IMG/VR virus record: IMGVR_UViG_3300031753_000004
Span: 1-64,000 of that record
Source of the DNA: a virus
Direction: 5' to 3' (one strand)
DNA length: 64,000 nucleotides
Below are positions 28,589-37,063 of this stretch, one piece after another. A model generated the notes under the pieces. The model was not told the DNA's origin and did no database searches. It saw only the letters and a program-made list of their open reading frames with translations. Position numbers and translations under genes: made by a program. Position 1 is the stretch's first letter; each line of letters begins with the position of its first letter.

Positions 28589-29190
28589 GCGGGCGGAGGC
28601 CAGCTTACCGGGGGCTTCATGCCTCCAGCCGATGGGCCGGAAGGAGGCGCGCCACCAGCGGCCGGCGGAGTCACCGGCGGATTAGTTCCCGGTCCCGGAG
28701 CCGGAGGGTTAGGATTCACCACCGGAGGCGGAACGACAGGCGGCGTCGGCTTCATAGTCGGTGGCCCGACCAGTATCGTCAGCGGGAACATATCACTCGG
28801 CACGGTCAGGACGGTGCCCGTATCTCCGTGGGTCATGTTGATACCGGCTGGCGGCGGCCACGTGGCGTGCTGCTTACGAGCCTGTTCCAGCCACTTCTTG
28901 CCATCGCAGCACTGGCAGTCCTTACAGGTGCATCCCGGCCCGCATGGACAGTCGGGGCAGCACTGGCCTACCTCCCTGCTCTCCCTCACCGCCGGCACAG
29001 GCTTATCCGGGCTAGTGTCAATTCTCGGCGCATGCGGAACGTAGTACCTCGGCGGTTGCTGCGCCCTGGTGCAACTCACGAGGTACAGGAAGCACGCCAC
29101 GACGAACCCGGCTGTCAAGAAGCTCCACCACGGACTCCACTTGCGGTTCATACTCTTCTCCTGCCCCGTATAGGGGCGGTTAGTGTTCAC
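28558..29190 (-). CDS. membrane-anchored Cys-cluster/Pro-rich protein
   Basis: TM segment, CCPDCPCGPGCTCKDCQCC, Pro-rich tail. Confidence 0.7.
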   Translation of the reverse strand: MNTNRPYTGQEKSMNRKWSPWWSFLTAGFVVACFLYLVSCTRAQQPPRYYVPHAPRIDTSPDKPVPAVRESREVGQCCPDCPCGPGCTCKDCQCCDGKKWLEQARKQHATWPPPAGINMTHGDTGTVLTVPSDMFPLTILVGPPTMKPTPPVVPPPVVNPNPPAPGPGTNPPVTPPAAGGAPPSGPSAGGMKPPVSWPPPAWVQRQLEGR

Positions 29191-29468
29191 GTCACGACAA
29201 TCTGCCCGGTGGTCTCAGCGTTGTGCCCGTCGTGGAATGTCCACGTTCCCGGAGGCACTCCCGTCAAGTCGAAGCTCACGCCGTCATCGGGAGCTATGTC
29301 CTGCCCGTTGGCATCGGCGTTAATCAGGCTGTCCGGAGATCCGTCATCCCAGACCACCGAATGCACGACGGCGTCGTTGTTCTCCACACCGAGCGGTGTA
29401 GAGGCCCTCACCGGCGTTGACTTCGGAGAGATGCTCCCCTCGGAAGTGAACTCGATCACCTTTGCCAT
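29187..29468 (-). CDS. cupredoxin-like beta protein (putative)
   Basis: AAGGAG RBS; NNDAVVHSV...PGTWTFHD...TGQIVVT. Confidence 0.5.
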   Translation of the reverse strand: MAKVIEFTSEGSISPKSTPVRASTPLGVENNDAVVHSVVWDDGSPDSLINADANGQDIAPDDGVSFDLTGVPPGTWTFHDGHNAETTGQIVVT

Positions 29469-29518
29469 GTCTGGATCTCCTTGAATACCCCGCACGGGGG
29501 CGGTTAGCGTTCTTCACT

Positions 29519-30517
29519 TCAGGTAGGGCACTGCTGCTGCGGAGGGTTGCTGTACCCTCTCTGCGGCTGCACCCGTATCATTCGCTGCCGTGGCTGCGTC
29601 TGCTGGTACTTCTGAAACGGGTCAGGACTTGGCTGGGTAGGAGCAGGACCAGGACCGCCGTTCCCAAGATCGAAATTGTTGCCACGATACAGGTCAATGT
29701 TTCCACTATCGCCGTATCGGTAGTATCCATCCCCGTACTCCTGACTGGGCGGTAGTTGCTGCTGCTGATGCTCATATATCCACTGATTGATCTGCGGCTG
29801 GTTAGGTGGAGTGGTCTGCGGTTGATAGAGCTGTGCCTGTAGCTGCTGTCCGCTATTCCAGCCGCACCGTTGAAGGAAGCCTTGAATGGCTCGCACCGAG
29901 CAGTAGATGCCGGGACCGCCGCGAGGATCTTCCTGCTTCGCTAATCGCGGAGGCCCTGCATAAGCGGAACACACGCCGATAAGCTGTCCGGTGTCGAGGT
30001 CAAGTAAATTTCCGCCTGATCGCCCGTGCCACGGAGGTTCCCGAGTGAAAGTAATGGATGGGTCGGAGGCGACCCCCCGACCCATCGGCACTGACGACCC
30101 AAGGAGCGTGGCTCGGCGAGTAGTCACGGGGAGACGCATTTCGTCATACCCCACAGACACTATGTTTCGGCCTGGAACATATCCAGGAGGAGCGACAGGG
30201 CACACGTAGGGAAATGGCCCCTGAACCTCTATTAGTGCGATGTCCAGTTTCTTGTCTTGGTAGACCAGGCGTTTCCAAGCCCGTTGATTTGTGCCCACAG
30301 GCCAACCCTGCGGGACCGGGAAATCCACCTTGAGCGGGGCACTGGTATTGTGCCCATCGAAGCCATGTGCGCATCCGAGAAGGTAGCTGTGCTGGGCGTC
30401 GGTGTAGATGACGGTGGCGGAACACCCCAAGCCGGGTAGGCGCACAACGGCGTCTATCGGCCCGGCCATCGCCACTGACGCGAATAGGAGACTCAGGATT
30501 GCGGCTGTGTAGCGCAT
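29519..30517 (-). CDS. secreted trypsin-like serine protease
   Basis: Signal peptide MRYTAAILSLLFASVAMA; CSATVI, LGCAH, DIALI, GRSGG catalytic triad motifs; Gln/Pro tail ending CPT-TGA. Confidence 0.88.
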   Translation of the reverse strand: MRYTAAILSLLFASVAMAGPIDAVVRLPGLGCSATVIYTDAQHSYLLGCAHGFDGHNTSAPLKVDFPVPQGWPVGTNQRAWKRLVYQDKKLDIALIEVQGPFPYVCPVAPPGYVPGRNIVSVGYDEMRLPVTTRRATLLGSSVPMGRGVASDPSITFTREPPWHGRSGGNLLDLDTGQLIGVCSAYAGPPRLAKQEDPRGGPGIYCSVRAIQGFLQRCGWNSGQQLQAQLYQPQTTPPNQPQINQWIYEHQQQQLPPSQEYGDGYYRYGDSGNIDLYRGNNFDLGNGGPGPAPTQPSPDPFQKYQQTQPRQRMIRVQPQRGYSNPPQQQCPT

Positions 30518-30726
30518 TCGTCCGCTTTCTCCTTCAGGTGAATCCAGAGCATGCCAACCATTGCCGAACTTCCCGCGAAGAAGTAGCCGAGCATCGCTAC
30601 CGCGAACCCTCTCCACCATCCGGGCGTCATGTCCTCGCAAACTTCCATTACCCAGCAGCCGACGCCCATCAGGGCCAGTCCACCGTAAGCCATCGACCAA
30701 AACAGAATTCCGATTGCGAGCAGCAC
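30493..30726 (-). CDS. small membrane protein
   Basis: GTG start overlapping upstream TAG; two TM segments. Confidence 0.55.
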   Translation of the reverse strand: MLLAIGILFWSMAYGGLALMGVGCWVMEVCEDMTPGWWRGFAVAMLGYFFAGSSAMVGMLWIHLKEKADECATQPQS

Positions 30727-30914
30727 TAGTCGTCCTGGTTGAAGTACACGACAGAAAACGCACAAAGAACCGAGAACAGAACCATTCCCATGAAGAAAAA
30801 GAACTGCCCCCAAGCCGTGTCAGTTCCGCCGACTTTGCTTTGCCCATAACCCACAAGGCCAAAGACAAGGGCCGCGCTTCCGATCAGGCTGGCGAATGTG
30901 TAAAGCGTATTCAT
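30726..30914 (-). CDS. small two-TM membrane protein
   Basis: 62 aa, hydrophobic, coupled to neighbours. Confidence 0.65.
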   Translation of the reverse strand: MNTLYTFASLIGSAALVFGLVGYGQSKVGGTDTAWGQFFFFMGMVLFSVLCAFSVVYFNQDD

Positions 30915-31888
30915 TAGCCAAATACTTCCTTTACCTGTCTAACAAGTTCATCCCCGTTTGCCTTGGTGGGGATGAGCATTCCACCTTCGCCGATTTCGTT
31001 CCATGCGTAGTTCAGGACGAGCCCGATATTGGGACTGCCGGCAATGAACTTCTTGGCGGCGAGCAACAGTTCTCGGTACTTCTCCGGCGTAACGGCGTCG
31101 AAGTAACCCTCCGGAGGAATGTCGAGCGGGCGCCTGTCAAAACCGGCGCACACGACAGGCACGTACTTCGCCCCGGTCGCAGCAAAGCTGTCCCAATACG
31201 GCGGAATCGTAGTGAGTAGGCTGCCGTAGTCGATAGCCACCGTCTCTGTCGGAAGATGCCCGACGCTGGCGTAATCGCCGCACACGAAATCAAAGCCATC
31301 TGCCAGCGCCTGGGGAACGTCGGCTGGATTGGACAGCGTGCCACCCAGAAGCAAGTCGTTGCCCAGCCCAGCCCGATCTCTGAGCACCTGCAAAAATACC
31401 TTGGCGTTAGCGCCTAACTGAGAATGAAAGTCAGCCGCCGAATCGATAATCAGCACAGGCTTGCCGCCAACACGCAAGTACTGCGGATCGGCAAAGTAGC
31501 TTGCCCAGAGGTCGCAAGTGGTGCTCCAGACGCCTGGGTCTGTAATGATGTAGTTCGGACTACAGACATAGTTGAGGCAGAACTTGAGGCGCGACTTGTT
31601 CGGAGCGGTCAGGAAGAAATTCAGCCCGTTGTTGCTGTTCGCAATGGTGCCGGGGAAGTGTTCGACGCGCGGAGTGGCGTACCAGTCGTACGCGAGGAAG
31701 TCGAGTCCGGCGTCTGCGGCTTGGCCTATCTGCGCGGCCATAATCGCCAGCAGGTCATCGAACCAGCCGACGAGGGGCTCTCGCAATGGAAACTTGAGCC
31801 GCCAGTCTGTGGCACCGTTGAAGTAGTGGGGCGCTCCGAACGCCCGCCACCACCCGCTGAAGTACCAGGCTCCTACCAATGGCCTCAC
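30914..31888 (-). CDS. GH99-like/WbsX-family glycoside hydrolase domain protein
   Basis: GAWYFSGW, REPLVGW, GLDFLAYDWY, YFADPQYLRVGGKPV, GFDRRP, YAWNEIGEGG. Confidence 0.85.
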   Translation of the reverse strand: MRPLVGAWYFSGWWRAFGAPHYFNGATDWRLKFPLREPLVGWFDDLLAIMAAQIGQAADAGLDFLAYDWYATPRVEHFPGTIANSNNGLNFFLTAPNKSRLKFCLNYVCSPNYIITDPGVWSTTCDLWASYFADPQYLRVGGKPVLIIDSAADFHSQLGANAKVFLQVLRDRAGLGNDLLLGGTLSNPADVPQALADGFDFVCGDYASVGHLPTETVAIDYGSLLTTIPPYWDSFAATGAKYVPVVCAGFDRRPLDIPPEGYFDAVTPEKYRELLLAAKKFIAGSPNIGLVLNYAWNEIGEGGMLIPTKANGDELVRQVKEVFG

Positions 31889-32757
31889 TGAAACAACTCC
31901 ATGATGTCGTTTAGGCACTTGGTCTGTGTGCCCTGTGCCTTTTCCGGAAGCACTTGCGGCAGGTTCCTGCCCGGCCCTTGGTCCCAGCTCTCCACTACGA
32001 CATGCTCCGGCATTCCGATGAGATCGCGAATCTGTTTCGCGTTGGCGATAGTTTTGTCGCACCAGTCCTGGCTGTCTGTAGCTGGTCCACCCGGCCACAT
32101 GATGACGCCGCAAGGGATGCTGCGAGCGATGCAATTTGACCGGAGCAAAGGCAGGTCTCGGGCCAGCGCTCCGGCGTAGATCGCGCCGGCCAACTCCGAG
32201 AAGTCGATATCCAGGTGGCAGAAGTCGGGCTTAGCGCCTGCTTGAATGAGTCCGTCAAGCGCCTGCGCGTGCTGAGCCGCCGTCAGCGACGGGTAGGAAA
32301 ATGTTAAGCCTACCTGAGTCGCTGGTCGGAACGCCTTGACTGCCTTAACGTAGTCGGCAGTCCTCCCCACGGTAGCGTTGATGTCCAGACCCGACTGGAG
32401 GCCGTCGAATATCGGGCTGTCCATCGAGACAAAGTCGAGCGTTCCGCCGGTACTTTCGACGTGAGAGATCATGGCCTGCGTATCCATGACAGCTTGCACC
32501 TGGTTGGCCATGTACTGCGGCTTCACGACACCAGCATTTACCGCTAGCTTGATTGACCAATCCTTCAGCTTGGCCACCGCTCCGACCGCCGCCAGAACGG
32601 ACCAGGCATTCTTCGCACCCTGCGCCCAGTTCTCCAGCTCCGGCGTCTCCAGCATGATGATGCTCGTGGCGTTCCTCGAGCGCGGCCACTGCACCGGGTA
32701 GGCAAAGAGGTCTGAGACGTTCGCGTTCAAGTTAGGACAGAGCCAAACGGCCTTCAC
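31885..32757 (-). CDS. putative glycoside hydrolase-like TIM-barrel protein
   Basis: FVSMDSP, DFCHLD, VVVESW; weak pattern. Confidence 0.45.
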   Translation of the reverse strand: MKAVWLCPNLNANVSDLFAYPVQWPRSRNATSIIMLETPELENWAQGAKNAWSVLAAVGAVAKLKDWSIKLAVNAGVVKPQYMANQVQAVMDTQAMISHVESTGGTLDFVSMDSPIFDGLQSGLDINATVGRTADYVKAVKAFRPATQVGLTFSYPSLTAAQHAQALDGLIQAGAKPDFCHLDIDFSELAGAIYAGALARDLPLLRSNCIARSIPCGVIMWPGGPATDSQDWCDKTIANAKQIRDLIGMPEHVVVESWDQGPGRNLPQVLPEKAQGTQTKCLNDIMELFQ

Positions 32758-32875
32758 TTCTTGGTTCCCTTCCTGACTTTTTTCTTCACCTTCTTTGGTC
32801 GAGGCTTGCTCGTATCGCGCCTCACCCTCATATCAGTCTTGTGGCTGAACACAAAGTCTCCGGTAAACATCATGA

Positions 32876-33175
32876 CTACTCACCGACTATAGGTGACTGT
32901 GGCCATCCGAAGTGGCCGGTCAGCAGGCCCAGCAGGAAACCGATGAAGAGGAACATGGCGGCTGGTATCCACGGGAACGCTTTCCATAGCCTCTCCATCC
33001 CTCTGCTAATGCTCGCTTCGTTCCCCCACTTGCGTATCAGCCACCCATCTATCCACCCGATCAGGGCCACGAACAGGAGCAGTGCGGGTATCAGGCATAC
33101 GGCAGCCGCCAGACCTATCGAGGTCGGGGTTATGGCTATCACTTCTCCCACGGCGGATACCTCTCCCCGCCCCAC
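32876..33175 (-). CDS. membrane protein (start uncertain)
   Basis: Two TM segments, GLLTGHFGWPQ. Confidence 0.6.
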   Translation of the reverse strand: MGRGEVSAVGEVIAITPTSIGLAAAVCLIPALLLFVALIGWIDGWLIRKWGNEASISRGMERLWKAFPWIPAAMFLFIGFLLGLLTGHFGWPQSPIVGE

Positions 33176-33459
33176 TGATCTCCATTCCTCTCGTAGTACC
33201 CTCCGAACTTAGGGCAGTTGTCGTACCAGCAGGCATAAAGCGCCCCGTCTCGGTAGAGGTAGTAGCAGTGCTTGGACTGCTTGACCCACTTCAAGGACGG
33301 CTGGTACTGCACCTGTTGGTACTGGTAGCTCTGCATCTGGGGCATGTAGCCCATGCCACCACCGAAGCCGCCCATGCCCATCGAGGACGCACCGCCCCCG
33401 CCGCAAGAGCCGCCGCCTCACCCACTGACCGTCATCGCTAGTAACAGGATCGAGTACAT
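33139..33459 (-). CDS. secreted Gly/Met-rich protein with in-frame TGA at codon 14 (candidate selenoprotein)
   Basis: TAGGAG RBS, MYSILLLAMTVSG-TGA-GGGSCGGGG continuing in frame into ORF 33139..33381. Confidence 0.65.
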
Positions 33460-33492
33460 TGTTGCTGCTCCTAAACAGAGAAACCTAGCGCG

Positions 33493-33717
33493 TCAAAGCA
33501 GGCTGGCAAGGAACTTGATCGCGAAGATGGCCACCACCACGGCCACACAGATCCAGAAGATGCGAATAACCCAAGGCGGAATGGTATAGCCCAGTACACC
33601 GAGGATGATGTACATGATGGCGATAATGCCACAAATGATTATCAGAGCGACGATCCATTGAATGAGACCCCAGGTCGCTATTGGTCCAACCGCCTGCGCT
33701 AGCATGAGAGCCGACAT
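33493..33717 (-). CDS. two-TM membrane protein (holin-like)
   Basis: Two very hydrophobic segments. Confidence 0.7.
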   Translation of the reverse strand: MSALMLAQAVGPIATWGLIQWIVALIIICGIIAIMYIILGVLGYTIPPWVIRIFWICVAVVVAIFAIKFLASLL

Positions 33718-33724
33718 GGTTCAC

Positions 33725-34072
33725 CTACTTCTTGTAGACCTGGAGAGCAATGGTCAGTGCGCTGAAGATTATCATCAGTACCGCCGCATACGCTGCCAAC
33801 CTACTCTTGACCTCCGCTACCGATGTGGCCAGTGCCACATGAGACTTCAGCAGCTCCTCGTACCTCTTGTCCGCGATCCCGGCCACCCTATCCGTCTCTC
33901 TCCTTTGCAGCTCCAGTGCCTTGTCGTTGCTGTCCAGCCTCAGTTCAATACGTTCCCGAATAGCCTCATCTCGGTGCTCCAAGTACTCCCTTACCGATAC
34001 CAGCGAATCGTTCTGGCTTTGGCGAATCCTTCCTGGCTTCCTGTTGACCATACCTATCGTGCTGCACTGCAC
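33725..34072 (-). CDS. coiled-coil protein with C-terminal TM
   Basis: VSVREYLE...C-terminal hydrophobic anchor. Confidence 0.65.
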   Translation of the reverse strand: MQCSTIGMVNRKPGRIRQSQNDSLVSVREYLEHRDEAIRERIELRLDSNDKALELQRRETDRVAGIADKRYEELLKSHVALATSVAEVKSRLAAYAAVLMIIFSALTIALQVYKK

Positions 34073-34081
34073 AAATCTTGG

Positions 34082-34483
34082 CTAAGCCTTCCGGTAAAAC
34101 GCTGCCCACGCAACTAGGGTTCCCACTATCAAGGTGCCCACGGCAATCATCAACCCCACCAACCACTGCTGACCTGCTGTCCTTGCCTCCATACTCGCCA
34201 CCCTCGACTCCAACTTCTGCGCCGTGCCGAAAGCCAAGTCAACCTTTTCCGTGAGTGACTTCTGCTGCTCCCTCCAGGTGTCTTGGCTGACGTACTTCTC
34301 GAAATTCTGCTGTGCCCGCGCGTGCTCGTGATTTAGCTCGTTCAGTCGCCTCTCGTACTCCGAAGCCTGAAGGCGCTTCGCGTTTTCAGAGGACTCGAGC
34401 GCCTCCCGGAGAATCTTGACATCGGCCTCCAGGTCCTTGAACTCACGTAGACCTACGTGGTCTCTGGCGCTGTCGTTGGGCAC
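34082..34483 (-). CDS. coiled-coil protein with C-terminal TM
   Basis: VGLREF...EYERRLNELNHEH...C-terminal anchor. Confidence 0.7.
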   Translation of the reverse strand: MPNDSARDHVGLREFKDLEADVKILREALESSENAKRLQASEYERRLNELNHEHARAQQNFEKYVSQDTWREQQKSLTEKVDLAFGTAQKLESRVASMEARTAGQQWLVGLMIAVGTLIVGTLVAWAAFYRKA

Positions 34484-34516
34484 GGCCGGGCTCCGCTGTC
34501 CAGTCGATCAGTAGAA

Positions 34517-34588
34517 TGGCTCGGCTGGGATTTGCACCCAGGTTCTCCAGGTTATGGGCCTGGCGAGATACTGCTTCTCCACCGAGCT
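34517..34588 (-). tRNA. tRNA-Met(CAT), initiator (fMet)-like, no encoded CCA
   Basis: AGCTCGG TG GAGA-AGCAGTA-TCTC G CCAGG-CCCATAA-CCTGG AGAAC CTGGG-TGCAAAT-CCCAG CCGAGCC A: full cloverleaf, 1:72 mismatch, A11:U24. Confidence 0.88.
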
Positions 34589-34609
34589 GTCACTAAGAAG
34601 GGGGCTGGT

Positions 34610-35068
34610 CTACGCAGCCGGGCTAGGTTGCCTCGCTGTTTTCAGGATGCGGAGGATATCGTCCTTCTTGCTGGCCCCCTTCAGGTCGATCTCCTCTTCC
34701 TCTGCATGGGCGATGAGTTGCGGAATGTTCATCTTCTCCAGCGGATAGGGCTCGGGCGCGCTCTGGAACTGCTGCCCCTGCCCCTCGTGTACCCGCTCGA
34801 ACTTGCGGCTGCCGGCTCCGTGGTTGTGCCGCTGCTCCATGTCAACGTCCGACTGGATCAAGTCCCCGTCGTAGTCCGGCGGGTCGAGTGGAGTACGGGC
34901 TCGATAGACGTGGTTAGTACCTCGCACGGGCTTGCCCGCTATGTCCACCGTCTGCTCGCAGTTGGGACATTCGCACCCATCCGGCCCCTTGCCGAAGTGG
35001 AGACCTATGAGTACCCGAAAGAGCCCGCCCTGCTCCGCCTGCTTCTTCGATTTGTACGCCGTAGCCAT
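34610..35068 (-). CDS. protein with C-terminal Rho-N/HeH-like domain
   Basis: LEKMNIPQLIAHAEEEEIDLKGASKKDDILRIL. Confidence 0.7.
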   Translation of the reverse strand: MATAYKSKKQAEQGGLFRVLIGLHFGKGPDGCECPNCEQTVDIAGKPVRGTNHVYRARTPLDPPDYDGDLIQSDVDMEQRHNHGAGSRKFERVHEGQGQQFQSAPEPYPLEKMNIPQLIAHAEEEEIDLKGASKKDDILRILKTARQPSPAA

Positions 35069-35081
35069 CTGCTGCTCCTGT

Positions 35082-35306
35082 CTAGCTGGACTTTGCCAAC
35101 TGGGTCTCAGTGGCACTGAAAGAGTGCTTGCCGTCTATGCTCATGCACCTGTACTTGCTGTTGACCGATGCCGTCGCGATGCTGTCCACGTAGCACTTGG
35201 CCCCGGTCTGTGTATTGCCGCCGCCGTGGTTGTAGGTCAGCGCGGCATAATCGGGGTGATTGGTGTCGATCACCTTGAGTATGTCGCTAGGTTTGAACAG
35301 AGCCAT
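35082..35306 (-). CDS. small SH3-like hypothetical protein
   Basis: FKPSD...CMSIDGKHSFSATETQL; paralog of next gene. Confidence 0.7.
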   Translation of the reverse strand: MALFKPSDILKVIDTNHPDYAALTYNHGGGNTQTGAKCYVDSIATASVNSKYRCMSIDGKHSFSATETQLAKSS

Positions 35307-35319
35307 CGGCCTACCCCAT

Positions 35320-35652
35320 CTACTTCTTCGGGAACCCCGGATTGGCCGGCTTGGGTGGCTCCTTCGCCTTGGCCGGCTTGTTCATCTGTCCCGCCCGAGA
35401 CGGACCAGTCGCCGGCGTCACCTTCGGTATTGCGGTCAGTTGCCCCTCGGTGGCGTTGAAAGAATGCTTTCCGTCTGGGCTGATACAGGAGTAGACCAGC
35501 TCGCCGTCTACTTCCCGGCTGTACTCGACCGTGCAGTCTCCCGCCAGCGGAGCGGTGTTTAGCTCCTCATGGAGTGGATGCTCCTTGTCGGTCAGCTTCA
35601 CCGCATCCCCGTTCTTGAACGCCGGTGTCTTTGCGGCCTTATCGTCTGCCAT
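35320..35652 (-). CDS. small SH3-like hypothetical protein
   Basis: FKNGD...CISPDGKHSFNATEGQL; AAGGAG RBS. Confidence 0.7.
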   Translation of the reverse strand: MADDKAAKTPAFKNGDAVKLTDKEHPLHEELNTAPLAGDCTVEYSREVDGELVYSCISPDGKHSFNATEGQLTAIPKVTPATGPSRAGQMNKPAKAKEPPKPANPGFPKK

Positions 35653-35711
35653 CTGTGGGTCTCCTTATTCGGCAAGCGTGGAAACACTTCATATGAACGT
35701 ATCAGTATGTG

Positions 35712-36992
35712 TTAGGCCGTGGTTGCATGCAAAATCCCGGTTCTGCTGCTGTAGTCGCTCCTCAGACGCGGCACCTGAATGCAAAGGCACTTAAAGCACA
35801 GCTCCAGTCCGCCCTTCTGCTCCCACTGGACCGTGGTGATGTCCATGCCGTTGATGGCCTGTGCCACCTCGGATGTCATCTGCACGATCACGAAGGTGTA
35901 GAGGTGCGCTGGGATGGCGACACCCGCCCAGGTTGCCGCCACACCCAGCATGCGGTCAAGGCGACGAACGTCCAAAATGTCCGGATTCTTGAGGAGCATC
36001 GTACGCAGGGTCTCGCCGGGGTTGTTTCCGCCGGAGACCGCGTAGACCCGGTTCATGTACTGCGTCCAGTCCGTCGAGTGATAGAGGACGAACGGACCAT
36101 AGAACCCCTGGAGGTAAATCTGGTCGAGGGCCGCCAGCACTTCGTTGTGGGTCGTGTCCGGCACCCAGCCGCCCGTTACGGGAGAGGTAATGTTGGTCTT
36201 GGTCAAACGCTGCGGGAAGTTGGTGTAGCCGTAGACCGTGCTGGTGCCTGTGTGCGTGCCAGGCCCGGCGGTCTGCGTGGCGTAGGTGACGCCGGTCACG
36301 TTGCCGATGAGCGTGTCCTCGATCATCTCACCTACCCGGCGGCCAGCAGCTTCACCCATGACCGTGTCAAGCGGGGTGTTGCTGTTCCGGGACACCATCA
36401 GCTCGCGGGAGCTGTAGCCGAAGTCCGAGTGGGTAATCGGCAGGGGCAGCGAACGGAGGATGAAGAGTGGTGTATCGTTCCGGCCAGCGGTGCGAGCGTC
36501 CATGTCCACCACGGCCTCGCCGGGGTCGGACATGGCCTGGTATTCGAGGGTCATCTTGCCCATCGCGTTGAACCCGCCGAAGCTGGAGGCTTCAAGCAGG
36601 TCGTTCCATGCCTTCAGGCGCTGGCGGGCGGATCTCACCACCTGGCGGTCGAGCTGTATCCAGTCCTCCTTCCGCAGAGTGGTGGCGTTAGTCACCATCG
36701 GAAGGTTGTAGCCCTGGTTCCGCAGGTCGTTCGTTAGGTAGCGGCGGAGTAGGGGACGGCGCTCGCCACCAGTGCTGTCGTTCCTGGTGAACCCGCCCTT
36801 CAGGTCGGTGATGGCCACGCATGATCGCCCCCGGTCGTCGAGGAAGGGGCGTCGGAGCCTCGACCAGTTACGGTCAGGCATACTCCCGCCCTGCGGCAAC
36901 TGGTTGAAGACGCTGGACTGGTTCTGGTTCCAGGTTGGACCGTAGTGGTCAACCATCTTCGGGTTGGCGACGAATCCGTCGAGCAGGGGCAT
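35712..36992 (-). CDS. major capsid protein (HK97 fold, Linocin_M18/encapsulin-like family)
   Basis: Start moved to MPLLDG with GGAGG; TLRKEDWIQLDRQVVRSARQRL, LPLPITHSDF..SSREL, GYTNFPQR, GFYGPFVLY, QVPRLRSD. Confidence 0.9.
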   Translation of the reverse strand: MPLLDGFVANPKMVDHYGPTWNQNQSSVFNQLPQGGSMPDRNWSRLRRPFLDDRGRSCVAITDLKGGFTRNDSTGGERRPLLRRYLTNDLRNQGYNLPMVTNATTLRKEDWIQLDRQVVRSARQRLKAWNDLLEASSFGGFNAMGKMTLEYQAMSDPGEAVVDMDARTAGRNDTPLFILRSLPLPITHSDFGYSSRELMVSRNSNTPLDTVMGEAAGRRVGEMIEDTLIGNVTGVTYATQTAGPGTHTGTSTVYGYTNFPQRLTKTNITSPVTGGWVPDTTHNEVLAALDQIYLQGFYGPFVLYHSTDWTQYMNRVYAVSGGNNPGETLRTMLLKNPDILDVRRLDRMLGVAATWAGVAIPAHLYTFVIVQMTSEVAQAINGMDITTVQWEQKGGLELCFKCLCIQVPRLRSDYSSRTGILHATTA

Positions 36993-37063
36993 CTCTGTTT
37001 CCTCCCTCTCCTGTGTTCCGTTGAGTAAAAGCCTCTTACACGAGTCCCTCTTCCGAGAGGGGG

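Noticed and set aside
35712-36992. Encapsulin nanocompartment interpretation of the Linocin_M18-like gene
   Set aside because: It lies in the portal-MuF-protease-decoration head operon, so it is the phage major capsid protein.
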